Below, piece by piece: positions 20,563-32,827 of a stretch of DNA of 64,000 bases. The stretch lies in assembly GCA_963804995.1 (NCBI GenBank), contig CAWDSK010000006.1:288001-352000 (forward strand), read 5' to 3'. This DNA is from an uncultured Acidobacteriota bacterium (GTDB taxonomy: Bacteria; Acidobacteriota; Terriglobia; UBA7540). Both the position numbers and the translations under genes were made by a program. Below the pieces are notes generated by a model, which worked only from the letters and a program-made list of their open reading frames with translations, did not search any database and was not told where the DNA came from. Within the stretch, counting starts at the first letter, position 1; each line of letters begins with the position of its first letter.

Positions 20563-20826
20563 GGCCAGGAGTTATAGCAGAAAGCTGGTGGGACGGCGGC
20601 AGTTATGTCATTGATTTCAGAGTCGGCCAGGGTTTTGGCGAACGACAGGGGTTGGGTTCGAAACAAGCGTGATTACGCGGCTGTAAAAGCATCTCTCCGA
20701 GTTGTTCGCGGCCACCCTGAAGCAGTGTCGATCAGACGTTCCCTTGAGATAAGGGAGCGACGGCATGTCGTTCCTGCAAAGGCGTAGCAGGATAGGCAGA
20801 GGCAAGTTTTCGGCACTACATTCGCT

Positions 20827-21681
20827 TCAATTCGCCGCCTCAACCGGGCAGAACTCAACGAGAATGACTGTCATATTGTCAGGCCCGCCGTTCTCATTTC
20901 CCCGTGCAATCAAGTGGCTAGCTTTTTCGGCGAGAGGAATTTCCAGTTCCAGGATGTCCACTAATTCTTCCGGTGGAACTACCTTGTATAGTCCGTCGCT
21001 GCACAGCAAGAGCAGATCCTGAGGTTCTATATCGATGGCGGTCATGACGACGTTTATCTCAGGTTGTGCCCCCACCGCCTGGATCAGGTATTCCTTGATC
21101 TGTGCGTTCACCATAGAAGGGTCTTCACCCCGGTTGCGCAATTGATTGCCGTAGGTCTGATCCTGGGTCAGCAAGATGAGATTACCGTCGCGGAATAAGT
21201 AAGCGCGCGAATCTCCGACCTGGGCCACGTCGGCTCGCGGCCCACGCAAGAGCGCTGCGGTCAGCGTGGTGCCCATCGTCTGCTTCTCCGCGTTTTCTTG
21301 GGCGAAAGAGTAAACCGCTCGGTGGGTTGCCACGACCGCTTGTTGCAGGGCAGAGGGTGAATCCGGGGGACCGGTTCCGGAATCCTGCAACTGGGACACG
21401 ATTTCCTTGGCTAGGTTTTCTAGGCACAAGCGGCTAGCCACCTCGCCCGCATGGTGGCCGCCCATCCCATCGGCTACTGCGAGGAGCAAACCGGGCGCTT
21501 CAATGGATAAGGTGCTCCCCTCTCCACTTTGCGGAGCAGCGCTGCCGTCGAGGGGAAGTATGAGGTGGTTATCTTCGTTATGCCCCCGTTTTCGACCCAC
21601 ATCGGTGATGGGGGCGACGTGGGCCGAGAGGCCTCCGTCTTGAACTGAGAACGAAGATGGTTGGGGGGCGTTGAACGCCAC
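20827..21681 (-). CDS. PP2C-family Ser/Thr phosphatase (PppA/Stp1-like)
   Basis: NED, VADGMGG, MGTT, VGDSRAY, LCSDGL, GGPDN. Confidence 0.93.
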   Translation of the reverse strand: MAFNAPQPSSFSVQDGGLSAHVAPITDVGRKRGHNEDNHLILPLDGSAAPQSGEGSTLSIEAPGLLLAVADGMGGHHAGEVASRLCLENLAKEIVSQLQDSGTGPPDSPSALQQAVVATHRAVYSFAQENAEKQTMGTTLTAALLRGPRADVAQVGDSRAYLFRDGNLILLTQDQTYGNQLRNRGEDPSMVNAQIKEYLIQAVGAQPEINVVMTAIDIEPQDLLLLCSDGLYKVVPPEELVDILELEIPLAEKASHLIARGNENGGPDNMTVILVEFCPVEAAN

Positions 21682-21959
21682 GTGAAAGACCTCCTGCCTC
21701 CGCTTGCCATGTCAAACTGAATCCGGGGCGCACCTCAGCTTTTGTCAGTTTATCCCAAACATTGAGAATTGCAAGTCAGCGCAGGCTCCACGCTGCAGTT
21801 GGCCGCGGATTGTGGTAGACTCCTCTCAGTCCTAGTCAACACGGAAAACGTCGCAGTTTCGTCGGGGTTCTGGGTCACTCGGCTCGTCGGCATGTAGCGC
21901 GGATGAACGGCCGTTTCCCGTTTGACTTTGGACTCCAACTCTTGTTAGTTTGAAGCCTT

Positions 21960-23316
21960 ATGAGACAACTGCAGCCGGTTATCTGGGCAAAGGGGACCTT
22001 CCTCACCCCGCAGCATTTACAGCTTCAGGACCGGTTTATTGAAAGTGTGTTGGAGTTCAAATTAGACGCCCTGTGGTTCTGCCCGTGGGGTTTCGCGGAT
22101 ATGCAAATCGACCGGGAAGCTCTTTCCACCGGCACCTTGCTACTGTCCCGCGCCACCGGGTTGTTCCCGGATGGCTTGGCGTTTGAGATTCCCGACTCGG
22201 ATCCCGCCCCACCCGCACGATCCTTGGAGCAAGCCTTCGGACCTGACCAGAACAGTGTCGACGTTTACCTGGCAATTCCTCAATATCACGATCATGGCCT
22301 CAACGTCACGATGGGTCAGAGAAACGGGGATACGCGCTATCAAGCCGAGGTTGCCCTGCTACGCGATGAGAATTCCGGACTGGCGGAAAGGCCGGTGCAG
22401 GTTGCCAAGAAGAACTTTCGGTTGCTGGTGGAGGGAGAACCCCGCCAGGGGAGTACTTCCCTGCGCATCGGGCGTATCAGGAAGACCACGGCAGGAACTT
22501 ACCAGTTGGACCCGCAATTCGTTCCACCCGTAATCGATCTTTCGGTCAGCGAATACTTAATGGCGATTCTGCGCCGGCTGGTGGAGATTCTGGCCGCCAA
22601 GACCAATGCGCTTTCGGGTATGCGCCGGCAGAAGAATCAGAGCCTGGCGGATTTTACGGCTTCCGACATTGCGAACTTCTGGCTGCTTTACACCGCCAAT
22701 AGCTATTTCCCCATCCTGCGGCACCTGTTTGAATCAAAGAAGGGGCATCCGGAAAGACTCTATACGGCGATGCTCGCCCTGGCGGGGTCGCTCACCACAT
22801 TCTCAACGACCGTGCAGGCGCGCGACCTCCCACTCTATGACCATGATAATCTCGGCGCCTGCTTTACCGATCTCGACGAAAAACTGCGGGCACTTCTCGA
22901 GACCGTGGTTCCCAGCAATGTCGTTTCGCTGCCCGCTGAAACTCACTCAGCCTTCGATCTATGCAACGGCTCTTGCCAATGACAAGTATCTGTTTAACAC
23001 CCGGATGTATTTGGCCATCAGTGCCGATCTGGGCGAGGCGGACTTGCTCAAAAGAGTTCCTCAACTGGTCAAACTCTGCTCGGCCACACACATTGAAACA
23101 CTCATTCGTCAGGCTCTCCCTGGTCTGCCCATGGTGCACGTCCCTTCCCCGCCCGGCTCAATTCCCATCAAACTCAACTACCAGTATTTCAGCTTGAATC
23201 AATCCGGGGTCGCATGGGAGGCTGTCCAGCGAGCTCGAAATATTGCCGCCTACGTCCCCGGAGACATTCCCAACCCCCAACTGGAGCTGATTATCCTCCT
23301 CCCGCAAGCGGAATGA
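21960..23316 (+). CDS. tssK: T6SS baseplate TssK, copy 1 (frameshift near 22932)
   Basis: VIWAKGTFLTPQHLQ, HPERLY, ALPGL, YQYFSL; two overlapping frames. Confidence 0.9.
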
Positions 23317-23326
23317 TCTTGCTGCC

Positions 23327-25438
23327 TTAGTGCTTAAGAGCAAAGTATAAGATCAACCCCACAGCAACCAGGAACAGGCATACTAGAACTATGCCCATCA
23401 CCAGGAACATCCTCCTTCTCTTCTTCGAGCCATCGAGGACCTGGGGCTGCGGGGCCGGCGATAGGCCCACGCCATAAGCAGGAACAGGGGGCGGCTGATA
23501 CTGCGGAGCAGCATAAGTTGGAGGTGGTGGTGCCTGATACTGTGGAGGAGCATAAGTTGGAGGCGGCGGTGGTTGATATTGCGGCACCTGCGGCACCTGG
23601 GGATAAGCCATCTGCGGCGCCGCGGGTGGAGGTGGCGCTTGATACACCGGAGCCTGGGGCATCCCTGGGGGAGCAACCCCTGGAACCGCAGGGTAGCCAT
23701 AGCCCGGCAGGCGGAGGGGCCGCCGGTGGAACTGCTTGGGGTGGTGTCGGGGGCCTTCGAGGAGTCTCAAAGAGCCTCGTGTATTCGCCAGGCTGGCGCG
23801 CCTCAGGCGGAGGCGGCGCTGGCTGAACGATGGGTGGGGGCGCCGCGACGGGCTGTGGAACAGGTGTTACCGGCTGGGGCTGCCGCTGGAACAAGTTCGT
23901 GTATTCGCCTGGCTCGGCCTTGGCAGGCTTCGCTGCAGGCGGCGGACTTGACGGTTTGGGCGCTTCAAGCGCTGGGGATGCTGGTGTTGCCGTCGGCGAC
24001 TTATAGTTCTGCATCATCAGGGTTAGCGCGCCAGGCCCTTTCTTTGCGCCTGGCAGAGGTGCAGACGGTTGGGACGGGCCTCCAAGACCGGGCGGCCGCG
24101 TTCCCCCCCTCGGATCAGTGCCACTTTTGCTAAATAATTGTGTGAACTCACCGGGACCGCGCGATTCGCTTTGCGAAGCCGGGGAAGCTGGAGGTTCTTG
24201 GGCTGGCGAAGCAGGCGGCGCCAAGGGCTGGGTGACCGTCCGCGAAGGAGGAAGGGGCCGCGGGTGGCTGGGGTTTTGCCCATGGATGCTTGGAACAATT
24301 GGGTGAATTCCCCCGGCCCGGCTTTTTCTGACAGGGGCTGCGGCGAAGAAGCGCACGGCGCCCATGCGGGCGGTGATGATAAGGGAAGGGGTTGATCGGC
24401 TTTGCCCTTCCCCATCGCAGAGAACATTTGCGTGAACTGGCCGGGGCCCTCTGCCTCCGGGGTTGGTGGCGGAGGGGCTACACTCGGTGGCATGGCCGAC
24501 GCGGGTGGTGATGAGGGAAGGGGTTGATCGGCTTTGCCCTTCCCCATCGCAGAGAACATTTGCGTGAACTCGCCCGGGCCCGAAGTCTCCGCTGGTGCTT
24601 GCGGAGGTGGGACATCCATTGGCTCAGGGGGCGCCAGCGGCGCGCCCGCCCGTGGTGATTGCTTCCGGCTCTGATAAACCACCTCAAAACCACTCGGAAC
24701 CTGACCTCGGGGGCGCTTGTCAGGAGGCTTTACCGCAGGCTCGGGCTTTAACTCCGGTGTTGGCGGGGGCGCCGGAGGGGTAGCCTTCTGCCCGGCGAGG
24801 CCTGTCACCAAAAACTGCTTGGTAAATTCCCCAGGGCCTTCCTTTGCTGCCTCCTGTGGAAACGGAGCGCAGAAGTTGTGGGGGACGGACGGAAACACCG
24901 TCCTTAGGCACGGAGGGCACGGGGGCCTTCGCCTACCACCAGGAGCGCCGAACATGCGCGTGAATTCACCGGGTTCATGCTGGCTTTCCCGTGGCTCCGG
25001 CGGCATCTGCGACAGCGGCGTCCCCACCGATGAGGGCAGTCTCCCTTGCACATCACCAGGCCTTGACGGGGTAAGTCTCCGAGTTGCAGATCAGGGTCGC
25101 CGTGGGAAGGCACTGCGGATGTTTCGCTCTCTCCTTGTGAAGCCGCGATCGACTGAAGCCATTTACGAAGGTCCAAGCAATCCGGCACATCCGCCGTCAC
25201 GATGAATACGCGGTCTTCGCATGTCCCATTTCACGAAGAGTTCGGTTCCTGGGGCGCCCGCCCCGGGGAGATACTTGAAAACCAAGGACGCCAAATCAGG
25301 CTGATGCGGAGCAGTCCGTCCGGGCAAGAGCTGGTGCAGCAGGACTGGCTGGCCAGTCGTAGTGTCTTGCGCCCGGAAAGACATCGTTTCCCCGTCTTCC
25401 AACTTGGAAACGATGAGGTATTTTTCCAGGAAGCTCAT
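23327..25438 (-). CDS. Proline-rich PGEFTxxF-repeat protein with C-terminal TM helix (several frameshifts)
   Basis: Same motif recurs across ORFs 24023-25051 and 23334-24365; kinase N-lobe-like start; KKRRR plus hydrophobic tail. Confidence 0.7.
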
Positions 25439-25875
25439 GATCAGGGTCCCGTCTAAACTTCACTCTATATCATCATAAACGAGGTTCGCAAGCTCTTTGC
25501 CTTGGCGGGTAGCGGTCATCGTATTATCGCTTCTTCCCTTGATGGTGTGACCAAAACCCGACCAAAACCACAGCCGCCCAGGAGATTTCTTGTTCGTTGA
25601 AACACGGGTGATCGCGAAAGTCTGTTGCTTGGCGGCAAGATGTTGTAATATTGACGGCGAATCGTACACGAAATGAACTCCATGTATGGTAGGCTTTGGG
25701 TATGCCAGCGTGCCCGTCTGTTGCCATCTTCGGGGCCGGCCTTTAAGGGGTCCGAAGAGAGTGGCCCTGCGGGTCAGGGGGCGTGGGATCCTGGACGGAA
25801 GATCTGAAGATCGTCGGACAGGCGAAGGGAAAACCTACCCGATAGCGACTAACCGAAAACTACCGGGTTGACTCC

Positions 25876-27232
25876 ATGAAGCAACTTTCAAAAGTTGTGT
25901 GGTCGGAGGGTATGCACCTCGGGCCGCATCACTTTCAAGTGCAAAACCGCTTTTTCGAAGAGATCACGCACTTCGGGATCTCGAAATTGTGGTTCGAGCC
26001 TTATGGAATCGTAGGGCTGGAACTTGATGCCGAGGCCTTGCGTAACGGCACCGTGTCCGTAGTCCATGCGCGAGGGATCTTCCCGGACGGACTGCCCTTC
26101 AACATGCCGGAGAGCGATCCGCTGCCTGCCCCGCGCGGTATTGCGGATTTATTTCCGCCGACTCGGGAAAGCCTGACCGTGCTCCTGGCAATCCCCCCCC
26201 ACCGGCCGGGCGCGCCGAACTGTGCTCTGACCGATCAAGAAAACAACGGGCCCACGCGTTTCATCGCCGAATCCGTAATGATTCCTGATGAGAATACGGG
26301 CATCGGATGAAAAGCCCTTGAAAGTCGGGCGAAAGAATATACAAATCCTCCTCGACACGGAGGATGCCGGAGATATGCAGACTCTGCCCATCGCCCGCAT
26401 CCGCAGAGATGGATCGGGCAATTACATCTATGACGAAGGCTTTATTCCCCCCTGCACTCAGATCAGCGCCAGCCCCACCCTGATGTTGATGACCCGCCGG
26501 TTGATCGACATTCTTCAGGAGAAGAGTGCGACGATGTCTCTCGATAGCCGGGGGAAGGGGAAATTTCAATCCGGCTTTTCGGCGCAGGAGATTGGACAAT
26601 TCTGGTTTTTGCACGCCATCAACTCCAGCCTGGGGCCCCTCCGCCACCTGTTCTTCACCAAACGCGGGCATCCGGAAGAACTCTTCCTCGAACTCCTTCG
26701 TCTGGGGGGAGCACTTTGTACTTTCGCCCTGGATTCTCAGCCCCGGAATCTTCCCCTCTATAATCACATGGCACTCGATACGTGCTTCGCGGAGATTGAG
26801 AAGCACATCCACGATCATCTCGACCTTCTGGCGCCTTCGAATTGCCTTTCCATTCCGCTTAAACCCGTCGCCAACTACTTCTATGAAGGCGACATCACGG
26901 ATCAACGTTGTTTGGACCGCGCCCGCTGGATGATTTCCGTGCACGCGGCGTTGGGCGATGCCGAAGTCATTACCCGGACGCTTCAACTGGTCAAGGTTTG
27001 CTCCGCGCAATTCGTTCCCCAACTGGTGAAGAGGGCGCTGCCCGGCATGGAATTGACGCACGTTCCGGTTCCTCCCTCCGCCGTAGCCCGGCGGGTCGAA
27101 AGCCAATACTTTTCGATTGGCCGCGCCGGGCCGTGCTGGGATCACATCGTGCAAACTCGTCGCGTGGGAATCTACGTTCCGGGTGACATCCCCAACCCGG
27201 AAATTGAATTGCTCGTTATCCTGGAATCCTGA
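25876..27232 (+). CDS. tssK: T6SS baseplate TssK, copy 2 (frameshift near 26305)
   Basis: VVWSEGMHLGPHHFQ, HPEELF, ALPGM, QYFSI. Confidence 0.9.
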
Positions 27233-27242
27233 GAGGTCAGGC

Positions 27243-27968
27243 ATGGGTGGACAACAGGCTGGCGTTTTGCCGGTACAGGGCGCCGGACGCACGAATCTGG
27301 CATTGATTTACCAGGAAATCCTGACCGCCATTACGCGTTTTCGCTCCAACCGGCAGGCGGTCGCGGACGCCGGGTCATTTCGAAATCAGATCAAGGGGGC
27401 GATCGGTGCGGCGGAAGCGGAAGCGACACGAAACGGCTACGCCCCTGACGATGTGCGCCTGGCCACTTTCGCGGTCGTCGCTCTCCTGGATGAATCGATT
27501 CTCAACTCCAACAATCCTATGTTCGCAGATTGGCCGCGCATGCCCTTGCAGGAAGAATTGTTCGGCATGCACACCGCCGGAGAAATGTTCTTCGGCTGTA
27601 TCGACCGGCTGATGGCGAAAAGCGATTCCCCGCAAACGGCCGATGTGCTGGAGATCTATGCCCTCTGCCTGCTGCTCGGTTACCGGGGACGTTACAGTAT
27701 TAGCGGTCAAGAGGGCGTACGTGTCGTCGCGTCCACGGTGACGGAAAAGCTCCAACATCTTCGTGGCGGACCGCGCCCGCTGGCTCCGAACTGGGCGCCT
27801 CCCAAAGATGCGGTCCGTCAGCAAGCCTCCGATCCCTGGGTTCGAGCTCTCCTCTTGGGCACGATGGGAGCGTTGCTTTTTGCGATTCTGTTTTTTGTGG
27901 GGTTCAAATTCGTGCTCATTTCCGGGGCATCAGGATTACACTCGATTGCTCCGCTTACGCCCCATTAG
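27243..27968 (+). CDS. tssL: T6SS TssL (DotU), no OmpA domain
   Basis: VALLDE, PLQEELF..AGEMFF, CLLLGYRGRY, C-terminal TM. Confidence 0.92.
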   Translation: MGGQQAGVLPVQGAGRTNLALIYQEILTAITRFRSNRQAVADAGSFRNQIKGAIGAAEAEATRNGYAPDDVRLATFAVVALLDESILNSNNPMFADWPRMPLQEELFGMHTAGEMFFGCIDRLMAKSDSPQTADVLEIYALCLLLGYRGRYSISGQEGVRVVASTVTEKLQHLRGGPRPLAPNWAPPKDAVRQQASDPWVRALLLGTMGALLFAILFFVGFKFVLISGASGLHSIAPLTPH

Positions 27969-27977
27969 GGAGTCCCC

Positions 27978-30900
27978 GTGAACACCAAATTGAAATATTG
28001 GATCGCTGCGGTTGCTCTTATCGTGTGGTTGGTCCTGGCTTGGTTTATAGGATCCTGGTTGCATTTGCAAGGGAGTAGCCTTTGGATACTCCGGATTGCC
28101 CTGGCCTTCATTGGCGTCGTAGCCTTCATCATCGTGATTTGGTGGTTCGTGGTCAGGGACAAGGAACGTGCGGAAATGACCCCCGCCGGAGCGGCAGGCG
28201 GTGATGAAATTGACATCCTGATTCGGGAAGCGGAGATGCGGCTCCAGGCATCGCAATTGGGCCGGAGTGCCAGGATCGGCAGCTTGCCTCTCTACCTGGT
28301 CCTGGGTGAGACCGGTTCCGCCAAAACCAGTGTCGTCCTGCATTCCGGGCTCGAACCTGAATTGCTGGCGGGTCAGACCGTTCAGGACAAAGTTCCGGTC
28401 CCCACGCGTACGGCGAACCTCTGGTACGCCCGGCAATTTATCTTTGCGGAAGCCGGTGGCCCGATGCTGCAAGACCGTCCAAGGTGGGCCAAATTTGTGA
28501 AGAAGTTGGCGCCCCGCCAGCTTCACTCGGTATTTGGAAAGGGCACGCCTTCCCCCCGCGCCGCACTGGTTTGCGTGGACTGCGAAAGCTTTATGAAGGC
28601 GGGCGCTCCCGAAGCCTTGGCCGCCAGCAGCGAGCGGATACGGACACGCCTTCGCGAAGTCTCGCAATTGCTGGGCATCAGCCTTCCGGTCTATATCCTT
28701 TTCACGCGGGCCGATCGCCTGCAATTCTTTCAGGATTACGTTCGCAATCTGACCCATGACGAGGCCTCGCTGGTTTTTGGCGCGACATTGCCCATGGTCA
28801 CCTATTCCACCGGCGTGTATGCCGAGCAGGAAACCGCCAGAATCTCCGGGGCGTTCGACAACCTTTTTCAATCTCTTGCGGATCGGCGCGTCAATTTGCT
28901 TGCGCAGGAGTTTGATGCCAGCCAAGCTGCCCACCATCTACGAGTTCCCCAGGGAGTTCAGAAAACTACGGACTTTCTTAGTCCAATTGGTGGTCGACCT
29001 GTGCCGGCCAAGCCAGTTGCGCACCGGCCCCTTCCTTCGCGGGTTCTACTTCTCCGGCGTAAGACCCGTTACGATCACGACGGCGGGACCCACGCTGGTC
29101 CAGGAGGAACCGATCGCCCAACCCTCCGGCGCAAGCGCCGCGGAGCACGCCACCGGATTCTTCGATGTCCGGCAGGCGAAGGCCACGGATGGCCCAGCAA
29201 GCCCAGGCTCCGGAAGTCGGCGAAACCCGCCGAGTCCCTCAGTGGGTTTTTCTACCCCATGTTTTTAGTGACGTGCTTCTCAAGGACACTTCCGCCCTGG
29301 CGGCGAGCGCCTCCAGCACCAAAACCAGTGTCTGGAGACGAATCCTGCTCGCTACGGCGATGGTGATTCTCCTGATTTTCATCATGGGCTTTATCGTCTC
29401 ATTCGTTCGCAATAAGAACCTGGAAAGCCAGGTGGTCACTGCCGCCCAAGGGATTTCGGATGTTCAGTTGACCGGTCAACAACTGCCCTCCCTGGACATG
29501 CTGAACAAGCTGGAAACACTCCGGCAGTCCGTCGAGACCTTGTCGGACTTCCAACAGAATGGCCCGCCCTTCAGTATGCGGTGGGGATTGTACGTTGGGA
29601 ATTCCCTTTATCCCGATGTGCGGAGGATCTACTTCCAGCATTTCAAGCAACTGCTGTTTGGAGAGGCGCAGGCGAGTCTGGTGCAGACTCTTTCCGCGCT
29701 TCCCGGCGCACCCGGACCCAACGATCAATATGGGCCCGCCTACGATACCTTGAAGGCTTACCTCATCACCACCTCCAATCACGACAAGAGCACCACCTTA
29801 TTCCTTTCACCCGTCCTGATGAAAGCCTGGGTTGCGGGCCGGGACATCGATCAAGACCGCGTGCAACTGGCGCAAAAGCAGTTCGACTTCTACAGCGAGC
29901 AGTTGAAAATTCAAAACCCCTACTCCTCGGAGTATGACACGCTGGTGGTCGCCCGAGCTCGCAATTACCTCTCCCAGTTCTCGGGCGTGGAGCGCGTCTA
30001 CCGGTTCGTGCTGGCCGAGGCTGATAAGGCCAATCCGTCGATCAACTTCAACAAGAAATTCCCGGGTTCCGCGGAGGTGGTGGTGGATCGAACCGAAGTG
30101 AGTGGCGCCTTTACAAAAAGCGGTTGGGCCTTCATGCAAAATGCCTTGCAGAATCTGCCCAAGTATTTCAGTGGAGAACAGTGGGTTCTGGGGCAGGAAA
30201 GTGCTTCCAACATCGACTTGGCAAAACTCGCGACGGATCTGCGCAGCCGATATCAACAAGACTTTATCGAGCAGTGGCGTTCCTTCCTGAGAAACGGGAA
30301 TGTGGTCCGTTACGGTGGCCTTGCGGACGCGGCGCAAAAGCTCTTAAAGCTCTCCGGCAATCAGTCCCCGCTCCTGGCTCTCTTCTGCGTCACGGCTCAG
30401 AACACGGCGGTCGACCAAGCCGATGTTGTCAAGGCGTTCCAGCCTGTCCAGGCTGTCGTTTCACCTAACTGCCAGGATCAATACATTGGGAGCTCCAACC
30501 AGCCTTACGTCGCCGGACTCAGTGGCCTCCAGGCCTGCCTGGACCGGGCCAACAATACCCCGGGCGACAAGGATGCCGCGAAGGCCCAGTGCCTCAACGA
30601 CGCCTCCAACGCCCAACAGGCCGCACGGCAGATCGCCCAAGGATTTAAAATTGATCAGGATGGCCACGTCGACCAGACGGTCCAGAATCTGCTTCTAGCC
30701 CCCATTACGGCGATTACGCCCGTCCTGAAACCTGGTCCGGTGAGTGGCGCGGGTTTGTGCGCACAGATGAGCCCGCTCGAATCCAAGTTTCCCTTCAGCT
30801 CCCAAGCTACCCTGGAAGCTACTCCGCAAGATCTGGCGGGGATTTTTGACCCCACCAACGGCGCGTTGGCCCAGTTCTACAACTCGGCCCTGAAGAGCCT

Positions 30901-31456
30901 TCTCCTCCCCCAGGGGACAGGTTACATTGCCAATCCTTCGGCAACGCAGGCGGTAAATCCCGCCTTCCTCAGCTTCTTTAATCGCGCCGCCGGTGTGCAA
31001 CGAGCACTTTACGCAGGCGCACCCGGACAACTGCAATTCAAGTACGCGCTTCGTCCGCATCCGACCGAGAGCGTCAGTAGCGTCTCCATGAATATTGACG
31101 GCCAAGCCTTGAACTTTGCCGGCGGCAATTCCTCGTTCCAGCAGTTTACGTGGCCAGGATCAGGCCAAGGCGTGACGCTCACGGTGAAGATTCAAGGTGG
31201 GTCCGAATTGGGATTCCCCAGCTACAGCGGAACATGGGGAGTCTTCCATTTCTTTGCAGATGCTGACAAGACTGTGCAAAATGGAAGTGTTTACAACGTG
31301 GAGTGGGTCCTGCGCGTCGCTGGGGGGCGTCCGGTAACCGCTCCAAATGGAAAGCCCGTAACCGTGCAGTTCGACCTGGATACCCTCGGAGCCCTTCCTA
31401 TTTTGCAGAAAGGCTTCTTCTCCTCGTTGCGGTGCGTATCGAATGTGGCGCGCTAA
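27978..31456 (+). CDS. tssM: T6SS TssM (IcmF), frameshifts near 28921 and 29187
   Basis: N-terminal TMs, LPLYLVLGETGSAKTS, LPVYILFTRAD, LRGFYFSG, WGLYVG, WGVFHFF. Confidence 0.9.
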
Positions 31457-31708
31457 GGGAAATTCCCTGGGGCGGCTGGGGAGTATGGGCAGCCGCCACG
31501 TGACCTTGACAAGGCTTTATAAACCCTTATAGGCTATTACAAAAGATTACAGTTGATTTCTCTTCCCTAAATGGATAATTCTATTTACGGTATACCGCTG
31601 GTAAGAAAGTTTAGCACAGCACCCTTTTCGTACTATTGAAACTCCGTGCAAGTCCTTTGGGCTCTGCTCATTGAAGTGTGGAGCGCAGGAATTACATGAG
31701 GAGGCGGG

Positions 31709-32059
31709 ATGACAGACAGCGAACTTGAGGAGCGTATGGACAGCGCTCTCCAGCAAATCAGGGAGGCGATCGAAGCGCGGGGGGCACTACTCGAACTCGA
31801 CAAGAAGCCCGATTTCCGCTGGGCCGGCATAGCTCGCACGCCGTCGGGCAAGTTGTTGATCCAGACTCAAAAGACGGGAAAGCAAGCTGGTCCGGACAGC
31901 AAGAAACCCGTCGCGGAAGCTGTGGCTGACCTGACCCTGGAGGGGCGGTTCCTTGCTCGTCTTCTCTTCTACCCGGCCAGTACCGAGGTAGAACTCCCGG
32001 GTGGGGCTCATAAACCCTTGGATCATTCGGGCGTTGCCAAGATATTCGTTTCTGTGTAG
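31709..32059 (+). CDS. Hypothetical protein
   Basis: GAGGAGG RBS, 116-aa ORF. Confidence 0.55.
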   Translation: MTDSELEERMDSALQQIREAIEARGALLELDKKPDFRWAGIARTPSGKLLIQTQKTGKQAGPDSKKPVAEAVADLTLEGRFLARLLFYPASTEVELPGGAHKPLDHSGVAKIFVSV

Positions 32060-32306
32060 CTGGCCTGTGCCGCATTCCCCGATTCCTCCGGAAAATTGTG
32101 TTGACACCCTTGAATCGGGAAGGCGGCGCCTCATTTGTCGGCCAAGCGCACCCTGCGAGTTTCGTAGTGAAGGCAACGATCCCTGACCACACGAACGCAG
32201 CCCAGGCGCGCTTCCCCTCCCCAATGCCCATTACCCAGTGGAACCCACTTGGGGATTTTCCAAGCCCACCACAGTCTCCCGCGAGCCAGCGTAAGTAAGG
32301 ATTCCT

Positions 32307-32786
32307 ATGCCTGATCCCCCTGCGCGCGTGAAGTTCAATCCGAACGTCAACCCTCTGTTCAATCCCAACATCAATCCGAAGGCAAACGCCTCGCTCAATC
32401 CTTTATTTAACCCTTGGATTAACCCACTGCGAAACACTCGCATCAGCCCGAAATCTAATCGTTCCTTGGATCCGCTCATCACAACCTCACTCAATCCCAC
32501 AGCCAACTCTTTGCTCGACCCTAAGCAAACTTCAACTTATTCCGGGTTACGTCGTTGGTCACCCGATTCGGAATTAATCGGTTATATCGTGAACACGCAA
32601 AATAAGGCGGTGCTCCTGCTGTTTGATCAAAATCTTGAGTGGAAAGCCTTCGCGGTTGACAACCAGCGGCAGGGATTCAATATTTTCGACCTGGCCGGAG
32701 AGTGGCAAGGCTATCTTCTGAAAAACGCTGCAGGTGGCCTGAACGAATTCAACCTGGAGGGTGATTGGGTGGCGTTCATCATGTAA
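32307..32786 (+). CDS. Hypothetical protein with NPxxN repeats and four beta-type repeats
   Basis: AAGGGA RBS; periodic Asn-Pro tract; four FDxxGEWxG-like units. Confidence 0.75.
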   Translation: MPDPPARVKFNPNVNPLFNPNINPKANASLNPLFNPWINPLRNTRISPKSNRSLDPLITTSLNPTANSLLDPKQTSTYSGLRRWSPDSELIGYIVNTQNKAVLLLFDQNLEWKAFAVDNQRQGFNIFDLAGEWQGYLLKNAAGGLNEFNLEGDWVAFIM

Positions 32787-32827
32787 CCACTACTCATTAC
32801 GTTGGTACAGTTTGAATTTCTTGCTAG

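Larger units (their letters stand above)
15974..20647 (-). mobile_element. IS481/IS3-like IS (1296 bp when empty) interrupted by a serine-recombinase element
   Basis: IRs TGTGTTTCGCCAAAATC (15974) and TGTCGTTCGCCAAAACC (reverse complement, 20647). Confidence 0.85.

Noticed and set aside
31500..31540. TTGACA as a promoter for 31709
   Set aside because: No convincing -10 box at the proper spacing.
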